A stretch of DNA of 57,539 nucleotides from an uncultured Dysgonomonadaceae bacterium (GCA_964444915.1 CAYUIY010000001.1:1-57539), one strand, 5' to 3'; shown: positions 29,145-40,824, counted from the first letter of the stretch. The notes: generated by a model from the letters alone, not told the origin. Numbers and translations: made by a program.

Positions 29145-30143
29145 TTACAAGTTCGGATTGAGTGTATTCCATTGGTCGATCGGTGGGATAATGCCCATTT
29201 CGATAACTTGGTCGCGTAAGTTTTGCAAATGTTCATAACTTTTTCTTAGTTCAGCCATTTCTTCTTCCGTTCCTTTGACTTCCTCATAAGTGACTCCGTC
29301 TTTGGTAAGGGTGGTTTCCATTGCCATTACAATTTTTTCAAATCCATAATTGTTTACATAGCAACCTGAAGGCCACCTGAATGCTTCTCCGCCCATTGCA
29401 GCACGCATCATTTCGGTTGACACATAAGCCGGGCTTTGGAATGATGAGCGTCCACGTAGTTTAATGATATTTGCTCCGGCATTAATAACACGTTGTTTTA
29501 TTTCTTCCCATTCTTCATGAGTTAAGGCAGGAGTCCCAATGAGATCGAGTAGTGGTGTGCCATTAATTTTTGCAGTCGAGGCAAAAACAGCCATTTGTTC
29601 TCCGTGTCCTCCATATGTGCGAGCACGGGTTATCAGGTTTTGTTTTATTTTGAAATGTTTAGCTAATTCGCTTTGCAAACGTATACTGTCAAGAGCAGCA
29701 AGTGTGGTTAGTTGTGAAGGTTTTAGGCCCGAGTGAATCAATGCTACCAAGCCGGTAATGTCTGTCGGGTTAAAAATCACACAGAGATGTTTCACGTCGG
29801 GGCAGTATGCTTTCACGTCTTTACCTAACTGAGCAGCAATTTGTGCATTCCCTTTCAACAGCTCTTCGCGGGTCATTCTAATTTTACGTGGAGCTCCTCC
29901 GGAAGAAACAATATATTTGGCATTGGTGAATGCCTCTTTTACGTCGGTAGTGAAACTAAATTCAATATCGTCGAATCCGCAATGGCGCATTTCTTCATAA
30001 ACTCCTTCTACTCCGGGCCCATAAATATCGTATAAACAAATATTGGAGGTGAGGCGCATCATGGCAGCTGTTTGCGCCATGTTTGATCCGATCATGCCGG
30101 CGGCTCCAACGATGGTTAATTTCTCGTTTGTCAAAAAACTCAT
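29145..30143 (-). CDS. mdh: Malate dehydrogenase (Bacteroidales type)
   Basis: GAAGMIG, GAPRK..MTR (MDH specificity Arg), NP.D, LDS.R and GGHGE motifs. Confidence 0.92.
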   Translation of the reverse strand: MSFLTNEKLTIVGAAGMIGSNMAQTAAMMRLTSNICLYDIYGPGVEGVYEEMRHCGFDDIEFSFTTDVKEAFTNAKYIVSSGGAPRKIRMTREELLKGNAQIAAQLGKDVKAYCPDVKHLCVIFNPTDITGLVALIHSGLKPSQLTTLAALDSIRLQSELAKHFKIKQNLITRARTYGGHGEQMAVFASTAKINGTPLLDLIGTPALTHEEWEEIKQRVINAGANIIKLRGRSSFQSPAYVSTEMMRAAMGGEAFRWPSGCYVNNYGFEKIVMAMETTLTKDGVTYEEVKGTEEEMAELRKSYEHLQNLRDQVIEMGIIPPIDQWNTLNPNL

Positions 30144-30472
30144 AATATGAAATTTTATTAGATAATTACTTCTATTTTCGAAATCGCAAAATTACAAGAT
30201 GTTCTTGAACTGACGAAAAAGATAAAGTAAATAATGCTTAAATAAGAGGATTTATTTGAGATTGCTTCTCCTCCAACTTATATTTTCCGATTTATAATTA
30301 TCGACTTTCGATAAATATAACTTATCTATTTGGCAATTTTTATTAGGTTTACAATTATGGGTTTACAATTGATGGCTGAATTTGGTTAGCTGTCGGATAT
30401 TTCCTACTTTTGTATTGCGAAAAACTAATGCCTGAATAAAATAGAGCAACCATTTTAATATGAACGATTTCG

Positions 30473-32044
30473 ATGAAAAAAATATTTTTTGCCATGGTGC
30501 TTCTCGGTTCTCTTTTGGGAGGCTATGCCCAAGAGAAAAACGATACCATTTTTGTTCGCACCCATACCGAGAATGGTGTTATCGAAGGATTTGAAAGGGC
30601 GGGGGTTAAAATTTTCAGAGGCATTCCTTATGCTCAGCCGCCGGTAGGAGAATTGCGGTGGAGAGAGCCACAACCTGTAAAAGATTGGAAGGGGGTTAAA
30701 AAAACAATTCATTTTGGTCCGCGTGCAATGCAATTGCCGGTTTTCGGCGATATGCGTTTTCGCTCCAATGGGATGAGCGAAGATTGTTTATATCTGAATG
30801 TATGGACTCCTTCGAAAAACAACCGGGAAAAACTCCCCGTGTTGGTTTATTTCTATGGCGGCGGTTTTATTGCCGGAGATGGATCGGAGTATCGCTACGA
30901 CGGTGAAAGCATGGCCAGACATGGAATTGTAATGGTAACGATTAATTATCGGCTGGGTATATTTGGATTTTTTAGTCATCCCGAATTAACAAGAGAATCG
31001 CCTCATTGTGCTTCCGGGAATTATGGGTTGCTCGATCAGTGTGCCGCCTTGCAGTGGGTCAAACGTAATATTGCCTATTTTGGAGGCGATCCCGATAAAA
31101 TCACCATTGGTGGAGAGTCGGCCGGTTCGTTTTCCGTAAGTGCGCAAATGGCATCGCCCTTATCGCGGAATCTGATTGCCGGTGCCATAGGAGAAAGCGG
31201 TTCATTGATGGGTTTTAGAGCGATGCCTCACTTATCAGAAGCCGAAAAAGCAGGACTTTCATTTCAAAATGCGGTAGGAGCCAAGAATCTTAATGAGTTA
31301 CGTAATATATCGGCAGACCAATTGTTGGGAATGACCAAAAAAAGAGACCTCCCGTCGTTTGGGGTTATTGTTGATGGTTATTTTTTTCCTGCCGAACCGG
31401 AAACTATTTTTTTGAACGGCGAACAAGCTCAAGTGCCTTTGCTTGTAGGCTGGAATTCGATGGAAAGTAATTATAAAGCGATATTGGGAGAGGAAGAAGT
31501 AACAGTAGAAAATTATGAAAAAGCTGTCAGAAAAAGATATCCCGATATTGCGGACGGGTTATTAACAGTTTACAAACCAAATTCCGACGAGGAAGTGGCA
31601 CAGGTTGCTACCGATTTGGCAAGTGATATGTTCATTGGTTACGGAACATGGAATTGGTCGGATATTCATGCTAAAACCGGAAATAGAGAGGTCTACCGTT
31701 ATTATTTTGTGCATCCCCGGCCGGGTTACAAAAACGAAAAAACAACTGATAACCTATTGATAAAAGGTGCATCACATTCTGCCGAAATAGAATATGTGTT
31801 GGGCAATTTACCGGTAAACGATGTTTACGATTGGCAATCGGAAGATTATTTTGTTTCGACCCTCTCGCAGCTATTTTTTGCCCATTTCATCAAAACCGGA
31901 AATCCCAATGGCCTTGGCGTTCCTGTGTGGCTTCCGGTAAAACCGGATGAACCGGCTAATGTGATGATTATCGGCGGCGATACTCGCCTGCAAAAGGAAC
32001 AATACCGCGAACGGTATCTCTATTTAAGAAACATACATTTTTAA
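30473..32044 (+). CDS. Secreted type-B carboxylesterase/lipase
   Basis: Signal peptide; GIPYAQPP, SEDCLYLN, GGGF, GESAG nucleophile, GASH. Confidence 0.93.
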   Translation: MKKIFFAMVLLGSLLGGYAQEKNDTIFVRTHTENGVIEGFERAGVKIFRGIPYAQPPVGELRWREPQPVKDWKGVKKTIHFGPRAMQLPVFGDMRFRSNGMSEDCLYLNVWTPSKNNREKLPVLVYFYGGGFIAGDGSEYRYDGESMARHGIVMVTINYRLGIFGFFSHPELTRESPHCASGNYGLLDQCAALQWVKRNIAYFGGDPDKITIGGESAGSFSVSAQMASPLSRNLIAGAIGESGSLMGFRAMPHLSEAEKAGLSFQNAVGAKNLNELRNISADQLLGMTKKRDLPSFGVIVDGYFFPAEPETIFLNGEQAQVPLLVGWNSMESNYKAILGEEEVTVENYEKAVRKRYPDIADGLLTVYKPNSDEEVAQVATDLASDMFIGYGTWNWSDIHAKTGNREVYRYYFVHPRPGYKNEKTTDNLLIKGASHSAEIEYVLGNLPVNDVYDWQSEDYFVSTLSQLFFAHFIKTGNPNGLGVPVWLPVKPDEPANVMIIGGDTRLQKEQYRERYLYLRNIHF

Positions 32045-32052
32045 TATATCGA

Positions 32053-32946
32053 ATGAAAGAACAAAAACATCGATCGGGCTTCGTCAATATTGTCGGAAAT
32101 CCCAATGTGGGTAAATCCACACTTATGAATCTATTGGTAGGTGAAAAGCTTTCTATCATTACCTCGAAAGCGCAAACTACACGACATCGTATCATTGGCA
32201 TTGTCAATACGCCGGAATACCAGGTAGTTTATTCCGATACACCGGGCATAATTCGTCCCAATTATAAACTTCAAGAGCAAATGTTGGCTTTTTCGCTTTC
32301 GGCTTTGGACGATGCGGATGTGTTGCTATATGTTACCGATGTGGTGGAGACGATTGACAAAAATGACGACTTCCTGCAGCGAGTACGACAAATGGATATT
32401 CCTGTATTGTTGCTTATTAATAAGATAGACCTTACCAATCAAGCAGAATTGGAAAAACAGGTGGATCAATGGCATGAATTGTTGCCTAAAGCCGAAATTT
32501 ATCCGATTTCGGCATTGAACAATTTTGGGATAGAACAAATCAAAAAACGAGTTGTAGAATTGTTGCCCGAGTCGCCTCCGTATTTCGAGAAAGACGCTTT
32601 AACGGATAAACCTGCGCGTTTTTTTGTATCGGAAATTATTCGTGAGAAGGCTTTGCTGCTGTATCGGAAAGAAATTCCTTATTCGTTAGAAGTAATAGTG
32701 GAGGAATTCAAGGAAGAGGAAGATATCATTCGCATCCGTGCCGTGATATGGGTTGAACGCGAATCACAAAAAGGCATTGTGATTGGGCATAAGGGCGAAG
32801 CCTTGAAAAAGCTTGGAACGATGGCTCGGAAAGATATTGAACTTTTTTTCGAGAAGAAAGTTTACTTACAGCTTTTTGTAAAGGTAGAAAAAGATTGGAA
32901 AAACGACGATAGATTGCTGAAAAGATTAGGCTATAAATTGGATTGA
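32053..32946 (+). CDS. era: GTPase Era
   Basis: [20 protein letters not shown]; KH domain VIGHKG. Confidence 0.98.
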   Translation: MKEQKHRSGFVNIVGNPNVGKSTLMNLLVGEKLSIITSKAQTTRHRIIGIVNTPEYQVVYSDTPGIIRPNYKLQEQMLAFSLSALDDADVLLYVTDVVETIDKNDDFLQRVRQMDIPVLLLINKIDLTNQAELEKQVDQWHELLPKAEIYPISALNNFGIEQIKKRVVELLPESPPYFEKDALTDKPARFFVSEIIREKALLLYRKEIPYSLEVIVEEFKEEEDIIRIRAVIWVERESQKGIVIGHKGEALKKLGTMARKDIELFFEKKVYLQLFVKVEKDWKNDDRLLKRLGYKLD

Positions 32947-32989
32947 TGAGCTTTTCGCAGATAACGCATTCTTTGTGGAGAAGAAAAGT

Positions 32990-34303
32990 ATGAAAAAGTT
33001 AGTTGCCATTGTAGGACGTCCCAATGTCGGAAAATCGACGTTATTTAACCGGTTGACGGAAAGTCGACAGGCTATTGTGACCGATATTCCCGGCACTACG
33101 CGTGATCGTCAATACGGAAAAGTTTTGTGGAATGGTCGGGAGTTTTCGTTGGTAGATACCGGCGGGTGGATAGTGAATTCCGATGATGTTCTCGAGGATG
33201 AGATCAATAAACAAGTGAATGTTGCCATTGAAGAAGCCGATATCATTCTTTTTGTTGTAGATGTGAGAAGCGGCGTAACCGATCGGGATGCGGATATTGC
33301 CAACATGCTGAGACGTTCGAGCAAACCTGTGGTAGTAGTTTCAAACAAAGCCGATAATTTTGAGCTGGGTTATCAATCGTCTGAATTTTATGCTCTAGGA
33401 CTTGGAGATCCGTTCAGTGTTTCGGCTATCAATGGTTCCGGAACGGGCGATTTACTGGATCATATTATTGCGTTATTTGAAGAGGACAAAGAAGAGGAAG
33501 ATGTAACGAATATTCCCAAGTTTGCAGTAGTAGGCCGGCCGAATGTAGGAAAATCATCTTTGGTGAATGCCTTGCTCGGTGAAGAACGAAACATTGTGAC
33601 CGATGTTGCCGGTACAACGCGCGACTCCATTTATACCCGTTACAATAAATTTGGTATGGATTTTTACCTCATTGATACAGCAGGTATTCGCAAGAAGGCA
33701 AAGGTGCATGAAGGACCCGAATATTTTTCGGTGATTCGTTCGATTCGTGTTATTGAAAGTGCCGATGTGTGCATCCTTATGATCGATGCTGAACGGGGAA
33801 TTGAGAGTCAGGACTTGAATATTGTTTCTCTCATTCAAAAAAACAAAAAAGGACTGGTCGTTTTTGTAAACAAATGGGATTTGATAGAAGAGAAAGACAG
33901 TAAACTAATTAAGGAATATGAAAATGCTATTCGGCAAAGGTTGGCTCCTTTTACCGATTTTCCTATTATTTTTGGTTCGGCACTAAATAAGCAGCGTTTG
34001 CTGAAAGTAATGGAGGCCGCTAAAGAGGTGTATCAGAATCGAAAGCAAAAAATCCCTACCGCAAAACTCAATGAGGTATTGCTGCCGATTATTGAAAAGA
34101 CTCCTCCCCCGGCGAACAAAGGGAAACACATAAAAATTAAGTATATTACTCAGTTGCCCAACACGCAAATTCCGTCGTTTGTGTTTTTTTGTAATCTTCC
34201 TCAATGGGTTAAAGAACCTTATAAACGATTTATTGAAAATCAGATGAGGAAAAACTGGAATTTAACCGGTACTCCTATTAATTTGTTTTTCAGAGAAAAG
34301 TAA
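32990..34303 (+). CDS. der: Ribosome biogenesis GTPase Der (EngA); start moved to the ATG
   Basis: Two GRPNVGKS G domains and a C-terminal KH-like domain. Confidence 0.98.
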   Translation: MKKLVAIVGRPNVGKSTLFNRLTESRQAIVTDIPGTTRDRQYGKVLWNGREFSLVDTGGWIVNSDDVLEDEINKQVNVAIEEADIILFVVDVRSGVTDRDADIANMLRRSSKPVVVVSNKADNFELGYQSSEFYALGLGDPFSVSAINGSGTGDLLDHIIALFEEDKEEEDVTNIPKFAVVGRPNVGKSSLVNALLGEERNIVTDVAGTTRDSIYTRYNKFGMDFYLIDTAGIRKKAKVHEGPEYFSVIRSIRVIESADVCILMIDAERGIESQDLNIVSLIQKNKKGLVVFVNKWDLIEEKDSKLIKEYENAIRQRLAPFTDFPIIFGSALNKQRLLKVMEAAKEVYQNRKQKIPTAKLNEVLLPIIEKTPPPANKGKHIKIKYITQLPNTQIPSFVFFCNLPQWVKEPYKRFIENQMRKNWNLTGTPINLFFREK

Positions 34304-34583
34304 GAGAAACGGGGATATTAGTTTATGAAACCAATCAATTGTGCAATCGAGAATATTTTTTTCGCAAATTCCGATGTTGATACTAATTGTAGGAATAAAA
34401 AACAATGATTATGCTTTTTTTGAAATTTTGGATGAAATAAAATTCCGCAAAAACGATGAAATACGAAAAATAATGTGTTATTTTGTATAAAAGATTGTAA
34501 ATCCAATGTAGACATGTTGGATACGTTGTGAATAGTAGGATTTCAATGGATTAAATTGAAATAAAAAAGAAAGATTAAAACTG

Positions 34584-36692
34584 ATGAATACGAACAATAA
34601 TCTTGGTAACGGAAAATTAACCGTTAATGATGAAAGCTTTACTCCCAAAGCTCTTTTACCGAAGAATTCGGAAGAAAAGGTTTCGGATAAAATGACCGAA
34701 ATTTCTGAAACTGAAGAAAAACAGGAAAAGAAAGAATCTGTTCTTCCGGAATCGGATTTGCAACATGGAAATATTCCTTTGGCAGAAGAAAAATCTACCG
34801 AAAATGTGGAGGCTAACAACGAAGTTTACAATGAAGAAGAATCTGAAGACGATGAGTTAAATAAAAATATTCCAATAGAAATTGATTACGAATTTGAAAT
34901 GGTAGAAGAGGAAGAGGAAGAGGAATCGGAGGATGAAGACGAAGAAGATGAACAAATAGAAGAATTTGGCGATGAATCAATAACGCTGCTTTCCATTGAA
35001 GAGATTATTGTAAGGCTTCGTGAATTGGCTGCATCTGAAAAACCTCAGCGCAAAGAGGTAGATGCAGTGAAAGCTCAGTTTTATCGTTCACTACGCAACG
35101 AAGTAGAGAAGCAAAAAAATAAATTTATTGACGAAGGGGGCGAGGAAATTGATTTTGTGGCTCAGGAATCGGAACTATATACCGAGGGCAGATCTCTTCT
35201 CCAAAAAATAAAAGAAAAACGGTTACAATTAAGGGCTCAAGAAGAAGCCGAGAAAGAAAGGAATCTGGCAAAAAAACTGGCTATTATTGATCGGATAAAG
35301 GAATTGATTGAAGATCAAGGTCAGGAAGATTTCAATAAAATCTATCGCGAATTTAAAGAATTACAACAGCAATGGAAGGATATTCAACTCATTCCACAGT
35401 CGAAAGCCAATGAGTTGTGGAGAACCTATCAGTTGTATGTAGAGAAATTTTATGATCTGGTACGTATAAACAACGAGTTTCGCAAGTATGATTTTAAAAA
35501 GAATTATGAGCTAAAAACCGAATTGTGCGAAGCCGCTGAACGGCTGGATGAGGAGCCCGATGTGGTATCGGCATTTCATCAATTGCAGAGTCTGCATCAA
35601 CAATGGCGCGAAATAGGACCTGTTGCAAGAAAAGATAGAGAAAAAATTTGGCTGCGTTTCAAAGAGGCATCAACAAAAATAAATAAGAAATATCAGCAAC
35701 ATTTTGAGGAAATTAAAGAACAAGAGAAAGAGAACCTCAAAAAGAAAACAGAATTGTGCGAAAAATTGGAAGCCATTGATTATTCCGAGCTTACGAATTT
35801 TAATGATTGGAAAAAACAGCTAAACGAAGTACTTGATATCCAGAAGCAATGGCGCCAAATAGGACATGTGCCGAGGAAATCGCGTACAAAAATTTATGAA
35901 CGTTATCATGCTGCTTGCAATGTCTTTTTTAAGAATAAAAGTGCATTCTATAAATCGATGCGGCAAGAAATGGAGGAAAATCTCCAAAAGAAAATAGCTT
36001 TGTGTGAACGTGCCGAAGCACTGAAAGATAGTCAAGATTGGAAGAACACCACTCAAGAAATGATTGAGATTCAAAAAGAGTGGAAAGAAATTGGTTTGGT
36101 TCCCCGTAAACATGTAGATAGCATTTGGCAACGTTTTATAACAGCATGCGATCATTTTTTCGAACAAAAAAGATTGCATACTTCCTCACGATACGAAAAA
36201 GAAGTAAAAAATCTGGAGGAGAAGAAAAGAATTATAGAAGAGATAAATAATTTGGATCCTGCGTTATCTATAGAAGAGACGTTGAATCAATTGCAACGAT
36301 TGATAGACGAATGGTATAAAATTGGGTATGTGCCTTATAAACTAAAAGATAAGGTATATAAGGATTTTTATGAGGCAGTGGATGCACAATTTGATCGGTT
36401 GAATATCGATAAATCCGATCGTAGATTGGGAAGTTTTGGAATTCGTACTTCGGCTGCCGGAAAGTCTGGAAATACAAGGAATCAAAATTTACGCGAACGA
36501 GAAAGACTTATGCGTCAATACGAGCGTATGAAAAACGAGTTGCAGACTTATGAAAATAACATGGGATTTTTGTCGGTTTCGTCTAAACGTGGGAACACTA
36601 TGTTGGAAGATATGAATCGGAAAGTGGAAAAAATTAAAGCCGATCTTGCACTTATTGCCAGAAAAATAGAGGCAATAGATGAACAATTGTAA
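34584..36692 (+). CDS. DUF349 domain protein with an acidic disordered N-terminus
   Basis: Repeated K..LCE.AE.L....W...LQ..W..IG.VP units. Confidence 0.9.
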   Translation: MNTNNNLGNGKLTVNDESFTPKALLPKNSEEKVSDKMTEISETEEKQEKKESVLPESDLQHGNIPLAEEKSTENVEANNEVYNEEESEDDELNKNIPIEIDYEFEMVEEEEEEESEDEDEEDEQIEEFGDESITLLSIEEIIVRLRELAASEKPQRKEVDAVKAQFYRSLRNEVEKQKNKFIDEGGEEIDFVAQESELYTEGRSLLQKIKEKRLQLRAQEEAEKERNLAKKLAIIDRIKELIEDQGQEDFNKIYREFKELQQQWKDIQLIPQSKANELWRTYQLYVEKFYDLVRINNEFRKYDFKKNYELKTELCEAAERLDEEPDVVSAFHQLQSLHQQWREIGPVARKDREKIWLRFKEASTKINKKYQQHFEEIKEQEKENLKKKTELCEKLEAIDYSELTNFNDWKKQLNEVLDIQKQWRQIGHVPRKSRTKIYERYHAACNVFFKNKSAFYKSMRQEMEENLQKKIALCERAEALKDSQDWKNTTQEMIEIQKEWKEIGLVPRKHVDSIWQRFITACDHFFEQKRLHTSSRYEKEVKNLEEKKRIIEEINNLDPALSIEETLNQLQRLIDEWYKIGYVPYKLKDKVYKDFYEAVDAQFDRLNIDKSDRRLGSFGIRTSAAGKSGNTRNQNLRERERLMRQYERMKNELQTYENNMGFLSVSSKRGNTMLEDMNRKVEKIKADLALIARKIEAIDEQL

Positions 36693-36712
36693 AATATTGC
36701 TGCTTATTTTTT

Positions 36713-36743
36713 AAGACAGCTGACATTGTTTGTTGGCTGTTTT
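36713..36743 (+). terminator. Probable terminator after the DUF349 gene
   Basis: aagacagctgac/gttggctgtttt stem with G-U pairs. Confidence 0.55.
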
Positions 36744-36821
36744 GTTATTACAACTTTTTTGAAAAAAATAGAGATAGATTTTATATTTTTGTATTCTCTT
36801 ATAAAAATGCTTTATTAAATT

Positions 36822-38345
36822 ATGTCGAAGAAAATAAATACTGCACTGATTTCCGTTTATCATAAAGATGGACTGGAAGAAATTCTTCAGGTATTGAATG
36901 AGTTAAATGTTAAACTGTTGTCTACCGGAGGGACACGAGATTTTATTCAATCGCTAGGATATGAATGTGAAACGGTAGAGGATGTTACAGGTTATCCGTC
37001 CATTTTGGGAGGAAGAGTAAAAACATTGCATCCGAAAATATTCGGAGGTATACTTTATCGCCGAGATAATGAGGGAGATAGAAAGCTATTGAAAGCTTAT
37101 GACATTCCTTCAATCGATTTGGTAATTGTAGATTTGTATCCTTTTGAAGAAACAGTGGCAAAGGGAGGTTCGGAGGAGGAAATTATCGAAAAAATAGATA
37201 TTGGTGGAATTTCGCTGATTCGGGCTGCCGCTAAAAATTTCAAAGATGTGCTTGTTGTAGCATCTAAACAACAATATAAATCTTTATTGCAATTATTGAA
37301 GGAAAAAGGAGGCGATTCGGATCTTGAAGATCGTCGATGGTTTGCCAAAGAAGCATTTGCTGTTTCGTCGCAATACGATGCAGCTATATTTAATTATTTT
37401 GATAAAGAGAGCCCATCGGCATTACGGCTGGTTATTAATGGATCCAAGAAACTTCGTTACGGCGAAAATCCTCATCAAAGGGGAATTTTCTTTGGTAATT
37501 TTGAAGATATGTTCGAACAGCTACATGGAAAAGAAATATCGTACAACAATCTGCTCGATATTGATGCAGCTGTATCTTTGATTTCCGATTTCGATGAAAC
37601 ATCAGTAGCTATTCTTAAACATAATAATGCCTGTGGTATGGCTTCTCGTCCTACCGTTAAAGAAGCATGGGAAGCTGCTCTTCAGGCCGATCCTGTGTCG
37701 GCATATGGCGGAATTGTGATCATCAATCGTCCTGTTGATAAGGAGGCTGCCGAGCTCATTAATTCCATCTTTTTTGAAGTAATTATTGCGCCCGAATACG
37801 AAAAAGAAGCTTTTGAAATTTTGAGTCAGAAAAAAAATCGTATAATTTTAGTTCAAAAATCAACTCTTGAAACAGTAACTCCTCTTCAGTATCGATCTGC
37901 GTTAAACGGAATATTGATGCAAGACAAAGATACAAAAGTTGAATTGGCTGATGATCTGAAAGTAGTGACGAAAAAAGTTCCCACCGCCTCAGAAATAGAA
38001 GATTTGATTTTCGCCAATAAAGTGGTGAAACATACCAAATCAAATGCCATTGTACTGGCTAAAAACAAGCAATTGTTGGCAAGCGGAACCGGACAGACTT
38101 CAAGGGTAGATGCATTGAAACAAGCTATAGAAAAAGCGAAGATGTTTAATTTTGATTTGAAGGGGGCTGTGATGGCTTCGGATGCATTTTTCCCATTCCC
38201 CGATTGCGTGGAAATTGCGCATGGTGAGGGAATTAGCGCCGTTATACAACCCGGAGGGTCTATTCGAGATAAAGAATCCATTGCATATTGTGACGAACAC
38301 GGCATGTCGATGGTATTTACAGGTATCCGACATTTTAAACATTAA
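36822..38345 (+). CDS. purH: Bifunctional AICAR transformylase/IMP cyclohydrolase
   Basis: GGRVKTLHP, IDIGG, RYGENPHQ, KHNNACG, ASDAFFP and RHFKH motifs. Confidence 0.98.
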   Translation: MSKKINTALISVYHKDGLEEILQVLNELNVKLLSTGGTRDFIQSLGYECETVEDVTGYPSILGGRVKTLHPKIFGGILYRRDNEGDRKLLKAYDIPSIDLVIVDLYPFEETVAKGGSEEEIIEKIDIGGISLIRAAAKNFKDVLVVASKQQYKSLLQLLKEKGGDSDLEDRRWFAKEAFAVSSQYDAAIFNYFDKESPSALRLVINGSKKLRYGENPHQRGIFFGNFEDMFEQLHGKEISYNNLLDIDAAVSLISDFDETSVAILKHNNACGMASRPTVKEAWEAALQADPVSAYGGIVIINRPVDKEAAELINSIFFEVIIAPEYEKEAFEILSQKKNRIILVQKSTLETVTPLQYRSALNGILMQDKDTKVELADDLKVVTKKVPTASEIEDLIFANKVVKHTKSNAIVLAKNKQLLASGTGQTSRVDALKQAIEKAKMFNFDLKGAVMASDAFFPFPDCVEIAHGEGISAVIQPGGSIRDKESIAYCDEHGMSMVFTGIRHFKH

Positions 38346-38371
38346 AACATTTTGTAAAAAACAAAGTTCAC

Positions 38372-39400
38372 ATGGGATTATTTTCATTCACACAAGAATT
38401 AGCTATGGATTTAGGAACAGCTAATTCCATTATTGCAAACAATGCCGGAAAAATTTTACTGGATGAGCCATCGATTGTTGCATTAGATCGTAAAAGCGAT
38501 AAAATGATCGCTTTAGGTGAGAAAGCGCAACAAATGCATGGTAAAACCCACGAAAATATACGCACCGTAAGACCGCTTCGTGATGGAGTAATTGCTGATT
38601 TTAATGCTGCGGAGCAAATGATCCGTGGGATGATTCGAATGGCAAACAAAAATAAAGGAAGTGGATTGTTTTCTCCTTCGTTACGTGTTGTAATTTGTAT
38701 TCCTTCGGGTAGTACTGAAGTTGAAATACGTGCCGTACGCGACTCTGCTGAACATGCCGGAGGGCGTGATGTTTATATGATTTTTGAACCTATGGCTGCG
38801 GCTCTGGGCATAGGAATCGATGTGGAGGCTCCCGAGGGGAATATGATTGTGGACATAGGTGGAGGAACAACCGAAATTGCCGTGATTTCCCTTGGAGGAA
38901 TCGTTTCGAATAAATCGATTAAAATAGCGGGTGATGACTTTACCGAAGATATTATGGATTATATGGGACGCCAACATAATATGAAAGTAGGTGAACGTAC
39001 CGCAGAACAAATAAAAATTAATGTAGGGGCTGTGGTAACCGAACTGGAAGATCCTCCTGAAGATTTTGTCGTACATGGACCAAACCGAATGACTTCATTG
39101 CCTATGGATGTGCCTGTATCTTATCAAGAGATTGCCCACTGCCTCGAAAAATCAATGTCAAAAGTTGATTCGGCTGTGCTAAGTGCTTTAGAACAAACGC
39201 CTCCCGAACTTTATGCCGATATTGTGCGCAATGGCATTTATCTCACAGGTGGAGGGGCTTTGTTGCGTGGTTTAGATAAAAGGCTGACCGATAAAATCGG
39301 AATACCGTTTAAGGTAGTGGATGATCCGTTGCATGTGGTAGCAAAGGGTACAAGTATTGCGTTGCGAAATATCGACAAATTTAATTTTTTAATGAGGTAG
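38372..39400 (+). CDS. mreB: Rod shape-determining actin MreB
   Basis: DLGTAN, RPLRDGVIAD, DIGGGTT and LTGGGA motifs. Confidence 0.98.
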   Translation: MGLFSFTQELAMDLGTANSIIANNAGKILLDEPSIVALDRKSDKMIALGEKAQQMHGKTHENIRTVRPLRDGVIADFNAAEQMIRGMIRMANKNKGSGLFSPSLRVVICIPSGSTEVEIRAVRDSAEHAGGRDVYMIFEPMAAALGIGIDVEAPEGNMIVDIGGGTTEIAVISLGGIVSNKSIKIAGDDFTEDIMDYMGRQHNMKVGERTAEQIKINVGAVVTELEDPPEDFVVHGPNRMTSLPMDVPVSYQEIAHCLEKSMSKVDSAVLSALEQTPPELYADIVRNGIYLTGGGALLRGLDKRLTDKIGIPFKVVDDPLHVVAKGTSIALRNIDKFNFLMR

Positions 39401-39466
39401 TCGGCCATTAGCAGTATCTATTAAACTGTCAGCTAAATAGATGAGCCAAATGGTTTGAAACAATGT

Positions 39467-40309
39467 ATGAGGAACCTTTTTAATTTTATTATACGAAATG
39501 GTTGGTGGTTGTTGGCTGTTTTATTAATAGTCTTCAGTTTTTATCTTGTTTTTACACAAAATTCGTATCAACGGAGCGTATATCTTTCATCGGCAAATCG
39601 TGTTTCTGCCGAATTATATCGCTTATCGGGAAAAGTTACCTCATATTTTTACATGCGGAAGAATAATGAAGAATTACTGACACAAAATGCAAAATTGCAG
39701 AATGAACTTCAGACATTAAAAAGTTATTTAAACAACCTTGTTTTGGATTCGATTCAAACAAATCCCTTTGTTGACGATTCTACGATGACTGCACGATTTC
39801 GTTTTATTCCCGCAAATGTGGTGAATGTTAGTTTTTTTGGAAGCAATAATTACATTACTCTGGATAAAGGACTGCAAGAAGGTGTGAAAAGCGATATGGG
39901 AGTTGTATCGCAAAATGGTATTGTAGGAGTTGTCCTTACCGCTTCCGATCATTTTTCTGTAGTAATCCCCATTGTGAATCCGAAATTCAGATTAAGCGGG
40001 AAGTTGAAAAATTCCGACAATTCGGGATCTATTGTATGGGATGGAGAAGATTTGCATTATGCTCAACTTGAACAATTGCCTAAACACGAGGTGTTTAATA
40101 AAGGTGATACTGTTGTAACCAGTTTTTCGCGTATATTCCCCAAAGATATGGTAATTGGCTTTGTTGTAGGACAGGGTAAAACGAATGACGATAATTTTAA
40201 TGCATTTAAAATACGTTTAGCAACCGATTTTCATAGCTTGCAACATGTATTTGTCATAGAGGATATATATTACGAAGAAGAAAGTATTCTTGAAAAATCG
40301 GTTGAATAG
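39467..40309 (+). CDS. mreC: Rod shape-determining protein MreC; start moved to MRNL
   Basis: TM, coiled coil, LDKG..GV...GIVG beta domain; follows mreB. Confidence 0.93.
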   Translation: MRNLFNFIIRNGWWLLAVLLIVFSFYLVFTQNSYQRSVYLSSANRVSAELYRLSGKVTSYFYMRKNNEELLTQNAKLQNELQTLKSYLNNLVLDSIQTNPFVDDSTMTARFRFIPANVVNVSFFGSNNYITLDKGLQEGVKSDMGVVSQNGIVGVVLTASDHFSVVIPIVNPKFRLSGKLKNSDNSGSIVWDGEDLHYAQLEQLPKHEVFNKGDTVVTSFSRIFPKDMVIGFVVGQGKTNDDNFNAFKIRLATDFHSLQHVFVIEDIYYEEESILEKSVE

Positions 40310-40311
40310 CA

Positions 40312-40824
40312 ATGAAAATAACTTTATTGCGTGAAATAGTGTGGTTTGTCGCATTGATTTTGCTTCAAACATTGGTGTTGAATCGAATCAGTGTTTTTGG
40401 AATAGCCATACCTGTCCTTTATATTTATTTTTTGATTAAATTACCAAAGAACAGGAATTTGTTTTATGTGGTTATTTCAGGGTTTTTGATGGGGTTGATC
40501 ATTGATATTTTTCTGAATACGCCGGGAATAAATGCAGCAGCAACCACCATTATTGCTACTTTACGCAAACCATTAATAGACATATTTTTTTCGAAAGTTG
40601 AATACGAAGATTTTGTCCCGAGCATTTATACCGAAACCGGAGCCTTTTTACGTTATAGTGTTGTAATGGTGTTATTACATCAAACGATGTTATTTTTTAT
40701 AGAATCTTTTACTTTTTTCAATTTGACAAGTACGCTTATCCGCATTGGAGCTTCTTCAGTGCTTACTTTGATATTAATAGTTGCGTTAGATAGTTTAATA
40801 TATAGAAGAATAAGTGGAATATAA
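40312..40824 (+). CDS. mreD: Rod shape-determining protein MreD
   Basis: Hydrophobic protein with GLIIDIF..TPG; between mreC and mrdA. Confidence 0.9.
   Translation: MKITLLREIVWFVALILLQTLVLNRISVFGIAIPVLYIYFLIKLPKNRNLFYVVISGFLMGLIIDIFLNTPGINAAATTIIATLRKPLIDIFFSKVEYEDFVPSIYTETGAFLRYSVVMVLLHQTMLFFIESFTFFNLTSTLIRIGASSVLTLILIVALDSLIYRRISGI

Noticed and set aside
34325-34408. 27-aa ORF MKPINCAIEN... after der
   Set aside because: No recognisable motif and no other support; plausibly a chance ORF.
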